Source: the human T2T-CHM13v2.0 reference genome, Homo sapiens
Direction: 5' to 3' (one strand)
Assembly (NCBI RefSeq): GCF_009914755.1
Contig: NC_060927.1
DNA: 64,000 bases
Numbering within the stretch: the first letter of the stretch is position 1; each line of letters opens with the position of its first letter. This document shows, one piece after another, positions 47,858-60,964 of the stretch. A program made the translations under genes and the position numbers. The notes beneath the pieces were generated by a model, which was given only the letters and a program-made list of their open reading frames with translations, ran no database searches and was not told where the DNA came from.

Positions 47858-48674
47858 TTTTCCAGGTGCCATCTGTCACCCGTTTCTTTGACTAGGAAAG
47901 GGAATTCCCTGACCCCTTACACTTCCCGGGTGAGGCAATGCCTCGCCCTGCTTTGGCTCATGCTCGGTGCACTGCACCCACTGTCCTGCACCCACTTTCC
48001 GACACTCCTCAGTGAGATGAACCCAGTACCTCAGTTGGAAATGCAGAAGTCACCCGTCTTCTGCGTCGCTCATGCTGGGAGCTGTTCCTATTCGGCCATC
48101 TTGGCTCCACCCCCATGTATGTATTATATATAAATACATGTAGTAGAGTATTGAATAAATGATGTATATTATTATTTAATTATCACAATTACCCATTTGA
48201 TAGATGAGGAAATAGGCTCAAAGAGAATGTGTGACTTGCCCAATGTCTCACAGGGAGAAATTAACAAAGTGAGATATTAATCTGGGGTTGCTTGATTCTA
48301 AAGCCCCAAATCTCACCAAGACACTGCCAATATAGAAAAATAAGGACCAGATCAATTCAATGATAAACTCAACCAAACTTTTAAGAAATATATACCAATT
48401 CTACACAAACTCTACCAGAAAATAGAAGAGGGAATATTTCCCAAATCACTTCATAAAGCCAACATTACATCATTCTAAAACCAGTCAAAGGCATGACAAG
48501 AAAAGAAAACTACAGAACAAGAGCCTCATGAACACAGACACAAAAATTATTGACAAAATGTAAGTAAATCAAATCCAGTGACATATAAAAAGCATAATAC
48601 ATAATGATCAAGTGGGGTTTATGCCAGGAATACAAGGCTAATTTGACTTTTAAAAATCCATCAGTGTGAGTTCA

Positions 48675-48771
48675 ATAGAAGCCTGAACACCAGCAGTATG
48701 CAATATATCCATGTAACAAACATGCACATATAGCCCCTGAATCCAAAATAATTTTCAAATAAAAATTAATT
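48675..48771 (+). mobile_element. Tiny L1PA15/16-like 3' end
   Basis: gcaatatatccatgtaacaaacatgcacatatagcccctgaatc; TSD aaaaatccatcagtgtgagttca / aaaaatcatcagtgtagttca brackets it together with the Alu. Confidence 0.7.
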
Positions 48772-49100
<329 letters not shown>

Positions 49101-49737
49101 TTTTAAAAAATCATCAGTGTAGTTCACCAGATCAGTACATTAAAGAAGGAAAACCATGATCATCTCAACAGATGTGCAAAAAGCGTCAGCAAAATTCAAC
49201 ATCTATTCCTTTCAGCAAAATAAGAATAGTTGGGTATTTTCTTAACCTGATAAAGAGCATCTACCAAAAAAAGCTGTAGCTAATAATCTACTTAACCCTG
49301 AAAAACTGAGTGTTTCCCTTTTAAGTTCAAAAACAAAACATGTCCACCATTCTCAGCATTCCTAGTCAACATTCTATTGAAGATTCAGGTAAGTACAATA
49401 TGTGCATATGAATTTTTGTGGGAACATAATTTTAAATTTCCCTTTGAAAAATGCCTTGGAGTGGGATTACTGGATCATATTATAAGCATGTGTTTAATTT
49501 GATTTTATAAAAACTGCCAAGTCAAAATGTTTTCCAGTTTTTTCTCTCACCAGAAATTTGAGCGTTCCAGTTGCTTCTGCATCCCCATCAGCATTTAATG
49601 TTGTCAGTTTTTGTTTAATCAGCCATTCTAATAGGTACATAGTGATATCTCAGTATAGTTTTGATTTGCATTTCCTTAGAGCTTATTTGTGTTGAACACT
49701 TTTCATGTATTTATTTGCCATCTGGGCATCTTCATTT

Positions 49738-49841
49738 AAAGAAATGGACCACTTCATGCATTTGCATGTCATCCTTGTGCACGGGCCATGCTAATCTCTG
49801 TATCACTCCAATTTTAGTATACATGCTGGCACAGTGAGCAC
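49738..49841 (-). pseudogene. U6 snRNA retropseudogene (RNU6-P type), full length
   Basis: Minus strand reads GTGCTCACTGTGCCAGCATGTATACTAAAATTGGAGTGATACAGAGATTAGCATGGCCCGTGCACAAGGATGACATGCAAATGCATGAAGTGGTCCATTTCTTT; 15-bp TSD ctgggcatcttcatt / ctgggtatcttcctt. Confidence 0.93.
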
Positions 49842-49917
49842 CTGGGTATCTTCCTTAGTGAAATGGCTGCTCAAATTTTTGCATTTTTCATTAGGTTATT
49901 TATTTTCTTATTTTTAA

Positions 49918-50262
<345 letters not shown>

Positions 50263-50784
50263 TACAATTTGCAAATATTTTCTACTAGTCTGCAGCTTAT
50301 CTTTTCATTCTCTTAACGTTTTTCAAAGAATAGAAGTTTTAAACTTTGACTAAGTCAAATTTATTAGTTTATTTTACATGTTATGGCTTTGATGCTGTCT
50401 AAGAAATATTTGCCTAGCCCAATACTGCAAAGACTATATCCATTTTTTTCTTCCAGAAGTTTCATAATTTAAGTTTCATATAGTGCTATGATCCAAGCTG
50501 AGCTAATTTTTATATAAGATACAATATGTAGGTTGAGGTTCTGATTTTTTTATGGGGATTTGCAACTGTTCCTGCACCATTTGTTGGAAATAGTCCCTTC
50601 CTCTCTCCGAGCACCAGATTTACATATTCATCTGGATAATCAAAACTTTCACTTAAGTGTCTCCTAGGCATCTCAAAATTAACACACTCAAAGAGAATTC
50701 TCAATCTTAACCCAAACAACTCCTCCTTGGTTTCCCATCTCAGTAAGTGGCACCATCATTGACCTAGGTACTTTCCTTAGTTCT

Positions 50785-53700
50785 TGTGCTAGCTGTCAAC
50801 TTATTCCCTTTCAGCATCAAATCCACCCTTCATCATTGCCCTGCTTTGTTAATGGAGCTGGACCTTGATAATGTCTCTCCTTCGCCAGCTGGCTTGATGT
50901 AAAGCTTTGTCAGTAGAGGGTGTGCTGAAGAGAAACTACAGGAGAGGCTTCTCTTCTTTTCCAGGTTCTGACATGCTTCCTCTCTTTCCTTGCTCCTGTA
51001 GCACTTGTGCAGTGTGCAGGATGCTTAGTGGTGCTCACTTCCCCTAGAGGCAGCTTCGTAGACAGTTCCACTGGCACTATATCCAGCTTCCTGGCAAGTT
51101 TTGCAAGCACCCCAGCAGACAACATACCATGAAATTCTGCTGGCATCTCAGCTGTTTTCACAACACCTCCACAGGTAGATTCCCAGTAACTTCTACCGGC
51201 ATTCTAGCCAGGCTCAGTCTAGTTAGTCTCAGGAGCACCCAAGCCAACAGCTTCCTACTGAGTTCTACTCATACCCCAGAAAATGGCTTCCTGAAAAACA
51301 TGGTCATCATTCCAGGGGCAGCTTTCTGTTTGACAGCTTTATCCTGCAGCATTTCAATGCAATTTCTGCCATCTGTGGGCTATAGTCATACCCTCTCCAA
51401 CAAAGTCTGGATCTCAGCCCTTGAGGAGAGGGGCTGTCTTAAAATTTGCTCCTTCTTTGTATAGTTTGCCTCAGCCCTAGAGGTAGTAGCTGCTTATATA
51501 TGTATACCTCATTTTATTGTGCTTCACTTTATTGTACTTTGCAAATATTGCATTCTTTTTTACAAATTGAAGGTTTGTGGCAACCCTGTATCCAGCAAGC
51601 CTATGAGCACCATTTTTTCAACAGCATCTGCTCACTTTATATGTCTCTCACATTTTGGTAATTCTCATAATATTTCAAACTTTATTATTATTATATCTGT
51701 TATGGTTATCTGTGATTAGTGATCTTTGATGTTACTATTGTCATTGTTTTGGGACACTACAAACCATGCGCATATAAGACGGCAAACTTAATTGCTAAAC
51801 ATTGTGTGCATCCTGACTGCTACATTGACTGGCTGTTCCCCCAGCTCTCACTCTCTATGAGCCTCCTTATCCCCCTAGACACAATAATATTGAAATTAGG
51901 CCAGTTAATAACCATACATTGGCCTCCAATCATTCAAGTGAAAGGAATAGTCATACATCTCTGACTTTTGATCAAAAGCTAGAAATGATGAAGCTTAGTG
52001 AGAAAGGCATGTCCAAAGCTGAGACAGGCTGAAAGTTAGGCCTCTGGCATCAAACAGCCATGTTGTAATGGAAAAGCTCTGGAAGGAAATTAAAAGTGCT
52101 ACTCAGTGGAGTGGCACTTCTGAACACACAAATGATAAGAAAGTAAAACAGCCTTATTGCTGATAAAGAGAAAGTTTAAGTGATCTGGACAGAAGGTCAA
52201 ACCAACACATTCCCTTAAGCCAATGCCCAATCTGGAGCAAGGCCCTAACTCTCTTCAATTCTGTGAAGACTGAGAGAGGTGAGAAAGCTGCAGAAGAAAG
52301 TCTGGAAGCTAGCAGAGGTTGGTTCACGAGGTTTAAGGAAGAAGACATTTCCATAACATAAAAGTGCAAGGTGAAGTAGCCAATTCTGATATAGAAGCTA
52401 TGGCAAGTTATCCAGATCTGGCTAAGACAGTTGATGAAGGTAGCTACACTAAGGAATAGATATCCAATGTAGACAAAATTCCCTTCTACTGAAAGAAGAT
52501 GCCATCTAGGACTTTCATAGTTAGGGAGGAGAAGTCAATGCCTGGCTTCAAAGCTTCAAAGAACAGGCTGGCTCTCTTATTAAGGACTAATGCAGCTGGT
52601 AATTAAGTTGAAGCCAATGCTTATTGACCATTCTGAAAATCCTAGGGCCCTTAAGAATGTTGCTACATATACTCTGCTTGTTGTCTATAAGTGGAACAAC
52701 AAAGTCTGAATGACAGTCCTTCTATTTGCAGCATGGTTTACTGAATATTTTAAGCCCATTGTTAAGAACTACTGCTTAGTAAAAAATTCCTTTCAAAATA
52801 TTAGTGTTTGTTGACAATACACCTCATCACTCAAGAGCTCTGGTGGATATGTAAAAAAAGATTAATGTTATTTTCATGTCTGCTAACACAATATCCATTC
52901 TGTAGTCCATAGATCAAGGAGTCATTTCTACTTTTACTAATTCAGAGATACATTTCATAAGGCTATAGCTGCCATAGATAGTGACTCCTCTAATGGATCT
53001 GGGCAACGTTTACCTCCTGGAAAAGATTCACCATTCTAGATATCATTAAGTACATTCATGATTCATGGGAAGAGGTCAAAATATCAACATTAACAGGAGT
53101 TTGGAAGAAGTTGATTACAACCCTTATGGATGACTTTGAAGGGTTCAAGATTTCAGTGAAGAAACTCACTGCAGATGTGGTGGAAATAACAAGAGAACTA
53201 GAATTAGAATCGGAGCCTGAAGATGTGACTGAATCATTGCAATCTCACAATAAAACTTGAACGGATGAAGAGTTGCTTCTTCTGGATGAGCAAAGAAACA
53301 GGTTTCTTGGAATGGAATCCACTCCTGGGAAAGATGCTGTGAACGTTGTTAAAATGACAAGAAAAGATTTAGAATATTCCATAAATTTAATTGACATGGA
53401 GGCAGCAGGGTTTGAGAGGATTGACTCCAATTTTGAAAGAAGCTTTACTGTGGGTAAAATGCTATCAAACAGCATTTCATGCTACAGACATTTATTTTGT
53501 GAAAAGAAGAGACAATCTCTGCAGCAAACTTCACTGTTGTCTCATTTTATTAAATTGCCACAGCCACACCAAACTTGAGCAACCACCACCCTGATCAGTA
53601 AGCAGCATCAAGTCATGACCCTCCACCAGCAAAAAGATTATGACTTGCTGAAGGCTCAGATGATTGTTAGCACTTTTTAGCAACGAATTATGTTTTAATT

Positions 53701-54044
53701 GAGGTATGTGCCTAAATTGCTTTTTAGACATAATACACACAAATAGACTATTGCACACAAATAGACTATAACATAATGTGAACACAACGTGTACAAACTG
53801 AAAAACCAAAAAGTTTATATGACTTGCTTTATTGCAATATTTGCTGTATTGTGGTGTTCTGGAACAAAGTCCACAGTATCTCCAAGGTATACCTGTATAT
53901 GCTATTCCTGTGTTCTTTATTGGGTTATCTTTAACTCTTTGTAGTTAATCTTAGTACTAGTTAAAAATCATTTTAATACATGAAACTTGTCCTGTTAAAA
54001 TTACTCGGTTGTTCCTGTCTCATGAATGAGTCCTGACTGATATA
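50785..54044 (+). mobile_element. LTR41/LTR52-like ERVL LTR split by Tigger1
   Basis: tgtgctagctgtcaac...gccagctgg...aagctttgtcagtagaggg; resumes after 53897 and ends cctgactgatata; TSD gttct/gttcc. Confidence 0.6.
51499..53895 (+). mobile_element. Tigger1 DNA transposon, near full length, transposase disrupted
   Basis: Degenerate TIRs tatgtatacctc / aaggtatacctg flanked by TA; 2397 bp; ORF 53273-53578 ([14 protein letters not shown]...KMLSNSI) matches the Tigger1/TIGD1 C-terminus. Confidence 0.93.
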
Positions 54045-54139
54045 GTTCCTCACTTTCCTTTACCACAGCAAAATCCTATTGTTTCTACAAAAAGTTTATA
54101 TATATAGTGAATTAGGCCACCTCTCATCACCTCCACTGA

Positions 54140-54732
54140 AGTTGTAGTTTTGAAAAATGTTCACCAGTTCTTTAACATTCCTCCCTTCAGGAGGTGAATC
54201 TTAATTGTCCTTCTCTTATGTGTGGATGAGACTTGGTAACTCATGGCTAATGAACTGAATATAGCAGAACGGATGAGATGTTACTTCCAAGGTTCGGTTA
54301 TAAAGAAACTACAGCTTCCAATTGTGTTGTGCTCTCTCTTGCTCACTGACTCTCTCTCAGAACCCAGCAACCATGTAGAATAGTAAAGGTTATTCTGCTG
54401 AAGAGGTTATATAGAGAAGAGCAGCCCTCAAGGATAAAAGGCCAAATGGAAGAGAAATGAGGCACTCACTCCAGTCAAAACCCAGAACCCATTGCCAGCC
54501 ATGGTATTGAGCCTTCTTGGAAGCTGACCCTCCAGCCCCAGTCCAGGCTTCAGATGATGCATCCCTGGCTGACAGTTTGACTACAGCCTCATGAGAAACC
54601 CTAAGTCAGAATCACCCAGATAAACTGCTCCTGGACTCCTGACCCTCAGAAATGATAAGAAAATAAATATTTGTTATTTTAACCCTCCAAATTTCTGGGG
54701 AATGTGTTACCCAGCAATGGATAATGAATACA
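54140..54732 (+). mobile_element. MLT1F-like LTR
   Basis: ccctccagccccagtccaggcttcagatgatgca...cagcaatggataatgaataca. Confidence 0.8.
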
Positions 54733-55307
54733 ACTGCCATCATCCGTCCATGCTACTGTGACGTCTCACTGAGGCTACTGAGCTATTCCTCCCGAACAGA
54801 CTCCCTCCCTCCATCTCTCCTCATGAAATATAATTCTCCACTTCAGGTCCAAAAGGATCTTTTAAATATCTAAAGTTGCCATCACGAGTGTCCATTTACT
54901 CATTTGTCACTACTTACAAGGTTAAAACTCTACAAAGACGTTTGATAAATACTAAGAATAAAAGCCAAACTACTACAAGGTCTACACGACCATACATGAT
55001 CTGGGCGTTCAGAATGACTTTTCTAGTACACACTATAAAAAAAAAGTCCTCTCCTTCAATATTCTTCTATTACATTTATTTAATTCTTAACATATTTCAT
55101 TATCTGAAATTACTTTATGTATTTATTTAGTATTTTTTCATTCATTTAGGGTCTGTCATTTCTAACTAGTATGAAAGATCCATGAGAGGACTTTGTATTG
55201 CTTATCCCTGTAGACTGATGGATACATATCTTTTAATACATGTATATGTACATATATAGGCATAACTATATGTATATCCATCTATCTTTCCATCCATCTA
55301 TCTATCT

Positions 55308-55351
<44 letters not shown>
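55308..55351 (+). repeat. (TCTA)11 tetranucleotide STR in a compound TCTA/TCCA tract
   Basis: Read directly. Confidence 0.95.
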
Positions 55352-56814
55352 CCTATCTATCTGTCTAACCTCTCCACCTAATAGTACTATTCACATATAG
55401 GACATATTAGAAGACTAAATCGTATAAGGTGGTGTTAACAACTATTCACAAACTAGATGGCTTGCTATCTTTCCCCTTTTATGTACTGGAGAAAATTAGT
55501 TAAAATTAAGCAATCACTATACAGAAAAAAAAAAGTATTCAATATTCACAACTTCAATATTTTTAGGGAGCCCACTATAATTTTAGCATACAATTCTTGA
55601 CCAACTTATAACCAAAAATAATGCTTTGGCTTTTCTTTCTAATGCTATGTAAGAGTCATCTTATTCTTACTAAAATGCCATTTATTTTGAAAGGCAAAAA
55701 CTGAGGAGCATTACAATGATTTTATTCACTCCAGTTAATTTAGATAATAGCAGACACTTGGACAGATATCCATAAAAACACAGAGAGTTGAGAGGTATTC
55801 TTAAAATGAGCAAAAACTAATATTGTTTGGACATTTGGGAGACCTGGGTGGTAACAGAAATGTTTCTATTACTCTTTCCTCATTTGTGATCATATTTGGA
55901 GAAGAAGAAAATGTTTTATTTCAGAAATTGTACTCATAAAAGCATTCATGTGCCATTACAGGTATTCAAAATGACAATAGAAAACATTTTGCATACAGCA
56001 CATTATGAAAAAAAAATAGGATCCAAAGAAATTCTCCCCTTTGACAGGACAAATGATACAGAAAATGTTAAATTCTATAGCATGTTTACACTATAGCCCT
56101 ACAATTACCAGCCTTCAGATGGAAAAGTTGTGTGTGCTTTGGCTGAGTCCCTAGATTCTTGCTCTCTGGTTTTCAAAAATGGCCTATAAAACTTACCTTA
56201 CTGTTTGCAAAGGATTGTTTCAACAACAGCATGACAATAGGTGAAAAGCAGTTTGAAATACTGTATAGATGCAAGGTATTCCCAACCCTATCCACAGGGA
56301 ACCCAGCTGTTCACAACCTTTCACCCATCACATATGTGTCAGTGACTTCCAAATTCAGCTGTAAAGTCCCAGCCTTTGTCTGGGGTTTCACCTCCAGCCC
56401 TATAAAGCACCTGCCACTTCCCACCCAAGACTGGGCTCATCATTCAGTCATCAGGGATATCCCAGTCAACCAGATGGCATCTCATCTTCCCCATTTCCTG
56501 GGCTTGAAATCTTTGCCTTTTCTCACTTGCTGCTATATTCAACCCCTCACCAGCTCTTGTATCTGCATCTTTCTTTTGATTTGTCTGATTATAGTTTAAA
56601 TGTGCCAGGAGCTTAGGCTCTCACTCTTCCTGCAAAAAAGGGGATGCACTTCTTTAGAAAGCTTTTCCTTTTAATCCATCCTACAGGGTATTTGACAACG
56701 AAACAATCTACCAACACCTGCCTTCATCACATCAGGCCCCCACTTATGTACCAGAAGGTCTTCCGATTGCTATTTTTTACAAAGTTTCCAGCTGCCTTAT
56801 CTGGACTTCATGAT

Positions 56815-57365
56815 TGTCCATTTACTCATTTGTCCAACACTAAGAGCATATGTTCTAGGTGCTGAACCAGGTACTCAAGATAAGATGATAACCAGGTCAA
56901 AAACCATCCATGATGACACAGACTTTAGGGACCAGTGGTGTAGATACACATTAAATAAAGAATCACACATATAAATGTAAACTTACAGTTGTGATAAGAT
57001 CATTAAAGAAGACTGACCTTCAACAAATCCCTGTCCCACTGACACTTCCTTCTCTGAAGGTCACTCAGATTCTAATCTCTGCCCCCCAACTGCTTCCTAA
57101 CCTTCCCCCATATATGGGGTTAAGAGAGGGTATTATAAGGAAAACAGCTGATTGGGAAAAGCCTCTGTGACAAATGGTGACTGGGTTAACATCTGAAGGA
57201 AGGCAGACATTATCTAGGTAAGAGGAGAAAGTGAAGAAGAGACTTCCAGGCAGAGGAAATGGCATGCTCAAAGGCCCTATGGTCAAGGGAAAATGGTCTA
57301 CTGAGGAACTGCGTGGCCAAATGGGGGTTATTGACAGGCTATGCAAGACCCTGCAGCCATGTTCA
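56815..57365 (-). mobile_element. L2 relic containing an 86-bp foreign insert
   Basis: ttccaggcagaggaaatggcatgctcaaaggccctatgg; L2 3'-end motif at 56820-56870. Confidence 0.7.
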
Positions 57366-58153
57366 GGTGACTGACCTCTCTCATAATTGCCCAAATTAAA
57401 ATGTCCCCTCCAACAAACTACTCATCCTTGTACAGCACTTGACCATAAGCATCTTGGTGCCTTTCAAACATGTCTTTTTCGTTACCTGAAATGGCTTCCT
57501 CTGAGAGAATAGTAGAGAGAGACTTGGTTAAGAGATGACCTCTAGAAGTAGACATGGTTCATTGCTGACACTGTCAATCTACAAACAGGGAATTTAAGCA
57601 AGTTTTCTAAACTCTCTAAACCTTTTTCACTATCTTTAAAAGGCATCAGAGTATTGAATGAGAAAATGCATATCTATCCTTTTATCACATAGTAAATGCT
57701 CAAGGGATGTAGCTATGGGTGGTTGTTCCTTTTCTTCAAAGCATAGCTAAAAATTTTTATCATCTTAAAGATGTCTTCCCTGAGTAAAATGAAAATAATT
57801 AATGACCTGACAATTTCGGGAAATGATTATTTGAAACCTCTATAATACTAGGCAATGACAGAGGAGTCTACTTGAGCACAACTGTGAAACAGGCCAGAAT
57901 AAAGATCTCCAGCTCATTTACCACTCTACTCTTTCCTGCTGCCTCAGTAAATGGAATGGCTAACCTACAATGTCCACAGCAACAGGACCATCAGTAACAT
58001 CCTCTCAGTGCAGGAGTCAGTGAGGGACGGGAAGGAGTTTCCCAGGATAATGCTCAGAGTTTTCCCTCAACGAACCCCTGTCTCACTGACACTTCCTCCT
58101 CTGAAGGTCATTCAGATTCTAATCTCTGCCCCTCAAACTGCTTCCTGACCTTC
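57020..58153 (+). repeat. Dispersed direct repeat pair, 57020-57105 and 58067-58153
   Basis: Manual alignment: 7 substitutions and 1 indel over 87 nt. Confidence 0.9.
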
Positions 58154-58571
58154 AGCTAAATGAAGTCCAACTACTATTAATATTAAAATTATTTCTAATT
58201 CAACAAATGGCATGCTAATTAAGTCTAAAGTAGATATTCCTAAACAAAGAGTAGGCGGCAGGTGTTTGGTGTTGGTGTGCCAGGGACCCCTGTACCATGC
58301 CACTTTCCACTTCTCCAAAGCTTCCTTCTCCAGTGCAGACTCCACCAGGGATGAGGGAGAGGGAAGGAACTTCTGTTTCTCAACAGCATCATTATTTGCT
58401 TGATTTTATTGATGGAGTTATGATGACACAGAGCTTCATGATGAAAAATTCAACACTTGATAAAAGAATGCTTTCTGAATTCTAGGTAACTCCATATCTG
58501 TGGTACATAAACATTACCTAGCTCTAAGATGTGTATCAACAGACTGGATCCTTGGGAAAACTAATGTCCTT

Positions 58572-59744
58572 AGCTCAGACTCAAATAGACACTGTATCTG
58601 GGGTTAATGGGAAGTAAACCACAGAGGGCTCTTCTAAAATCATTCTTCAGAATGGGGTTTGTTTCTGGTTATTCAGTTGGAATAATGGAGCTCTGTACAT
58701 ATAGCTCTAACATTACATAAAAGTGCCAAGGGCCAGACTCCTATAAGGATGGGAAGTCAGGGGTGCACTCTCTTTTTTTCACATATGCGCACACATGCAG
58801 GCATACACACACACACATGCACACACACACATACTGTGTGTGGCATGATACTAGTTCTTAAAAGGCCTAGGATGGAGATCAGGGCAGTACCTCTGAAGCT
58901 CCAATGGCTTTAGTAGACTTAGCTGGCTGGAAATGCTGATGACATAATCAGAAGCATAGTACTCTGTACCACTGAATTAGTCTCTACAAAAATAGGTACT
59001 ACTGCCTACTCACTATGTTTCTTCAGAAAACACACTTTGGGAAAACTCACAGAGTGAAAACAACTCATCCAGACGACATCACACATCAGATTCCACCCCC
59101 TTCAGTTAAAAGCTCTCAGAGAACCAAATCATATCCCAAATACACACTAAAATGAACTCTACTGTATTAACCTTAGTCTTCGGTGTTTTTATTTGGCCTT
59201 ATAAACCTCAATTATGAGGTTACTATTTCCAACTTTCACCTAAGGTCATAAAAATTTGGTGTCTCCTTCTGTGCTCACCCAGTTCACTGTCTCATCAGAA
59301 AAGGATAACAATTGTCAGGGTTGGAAACTAACCCCATCTGGCTCTAACTTTGTCGAATTCCCATTCTTATCTTTTTCTTGTAGCCAACTTAAAAATATAG
59401 AATCTGAGAAATGCAGAATGACCCACCAAAGGTGTAAGAATCTTTAAAGTACTTCAGAAATTGGATTTGACTGAATTTCCTTTGACATTTCCTTTTTATG
59501 TTATGAGACCCAATGGCAATACAAGGCAACTGTGATAACTTGACAAAAATATTCTTACTTTCTTACTAACATGAGGCCAATCTGTTGACTGAGAAAAATT
59601 CCATGGTGATCCTTCTTACAACAGTTGCTATGAGGGTATTTAACACAAGTGGCTCAATATTCTGTAGTCTTTTAAGAGTACTCAAGTCGTGTCAGCTCAA
59701 ACTCTATAGACACTATATCCGGTTAACGGGAAGTAAACCACAGA
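58572..59744 (+). repeat. Dispersed direct repeat pair, 58572-58625 and 59694-59744
   Basis: Manual alignment of about 52 nt with identical 17-nt core gggaagtaaaccacaga. Confidence 0.85.
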
Positions 59745-60283
59745 ACAAGTTCAAAGCAAGGCATGTCGACAGACCTACAAAAACCATGAATAGAGTCCAT
59801 CATATATGTATTTGACCAGGAGGTTTTGTAAGTATATGAGTAATGTGCACATAAGGACTTTGAGTTCCCTATCAGAAATGCAATACTAACTCTTTTTTTT
59901 ATATAATGACACAAATTTCTCAGCCACAGTTTAGCCAACCAATAACAATTAAAAGTCCTCTAATCCTCTGAAAAATTTAAAATACTGAAGATTCTGGCAA
60001 TACAGGGTAGGTCCAATTCAATGTCTGAAACTTTGGTGGCATTCAAGAAAGTAAAATTTTTTCTTTGAGTTACTGTTTGCTAAGATGACAGTGGGAACTG
60101 CTTGGACCTTTGCCCATGTGCGCATGCAATTTCTACATTAATATTCAACTCCTCTTGTTTTAAGCACTCTTTCTAGACAATCTTGGCTATCAGAAGGAGA
60201 TCTCAAACCCAGGTATCACCTCAATCTCTGCTCCCTATTTGTAAAATGGCTTCTGAATATTTCCACCTGGATGTGTTTTTGTT

Positions 60284-60780
60284 CATTTGCTCATTAATTC
60301 ATTCATTCTTCTATTCATTTGGTGAATAAAAATATTAAGTGCTATCAGAGAAAGAAGGTCAAGAAAGTTCATTTCTCTCACCTCAAGGAGAAGATGGCAA
60401 TAAGCCAGTGTTTTCAATACTTTGTGCCATGTGCTATGAGACAGGCAAGCCCAGTGTACTAAGGGGTCCCAGAAACTGGACATATCAGATGTGGATGTCA
60501 AAGATGCCCCCTGGAGGAAGCGCATTTGACCTGAGTGGCAGAAGGGAGGAAGAGCATTCCAGGCAGAGGGATGGCATGTTAGAAGTCCCAGAGGCATACA
60601 GCCACATCCTGTTCAGGAAAGTGCAATCTGTCCCAGGAGGTCAGAGCAAGGAGCAAGGAGGAGATTACGAAGAAAGGGCTTTGGGTGCCATAAGGAAACT
60701 AAACTTTATCTTAAATATTATAGGCAATTACTTGAAGGATTTTAACCAGAAGAAGAGCATAATTAGATTTTAACTAAGCA
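60284..60780 (-). mobile_element. L2 relic
   Basis: (TTCA)-like tail; gagcattccaggcagagggatggcatg; gaaggattttaaccagaagaagagcataattagattt. Confidence 0.65.
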
Positions 60781-60964
60781 TGTCCAAAACCTTACACCTA
60801 AATCTCTGCCAATGGCAGAGCAATCTTCACAAACTCAGCCTCTTTCTCAACTGTTCTCATACCTCACATCTCATTAACTGGCCGACAAATCTTTTTAATT
60901 CTAGGTCCCAAATAACTGCTGAATTGAGCCCCTTTTTCACATTCTCTTCTCCTTCTGTCATTGG

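Noticed and set aside
50908-50925. CTCF-like motif in the LTR41-like element
   Set aside because: The GGCGC core has decayed (tgtcagtagagggtgtgc), leaving a weak match.
56159-56599. 146-aa ORF in unique DNA (also 60339-60773 and 60780-61217)
   Set aside because: No recognisable homology or exon structure. The 56159 ORF has a non-ATG start, and the other two overlap L2/MLT1 relics.
58387-58485. Possible plus-strand exon (tttctcaacag | 99 nt | gtaact)
   Set aside because: Splice-like signals only, the open frame ends in a stop, and there is no partner exon; needs RNA data.
59620-59774. Possible minus-strand exon (tttttgtag | ... | gtaaga)
   Set aside because: Stops in all three frames and a weak donor; a lncRNA exon cannot be supported from sequence alone.
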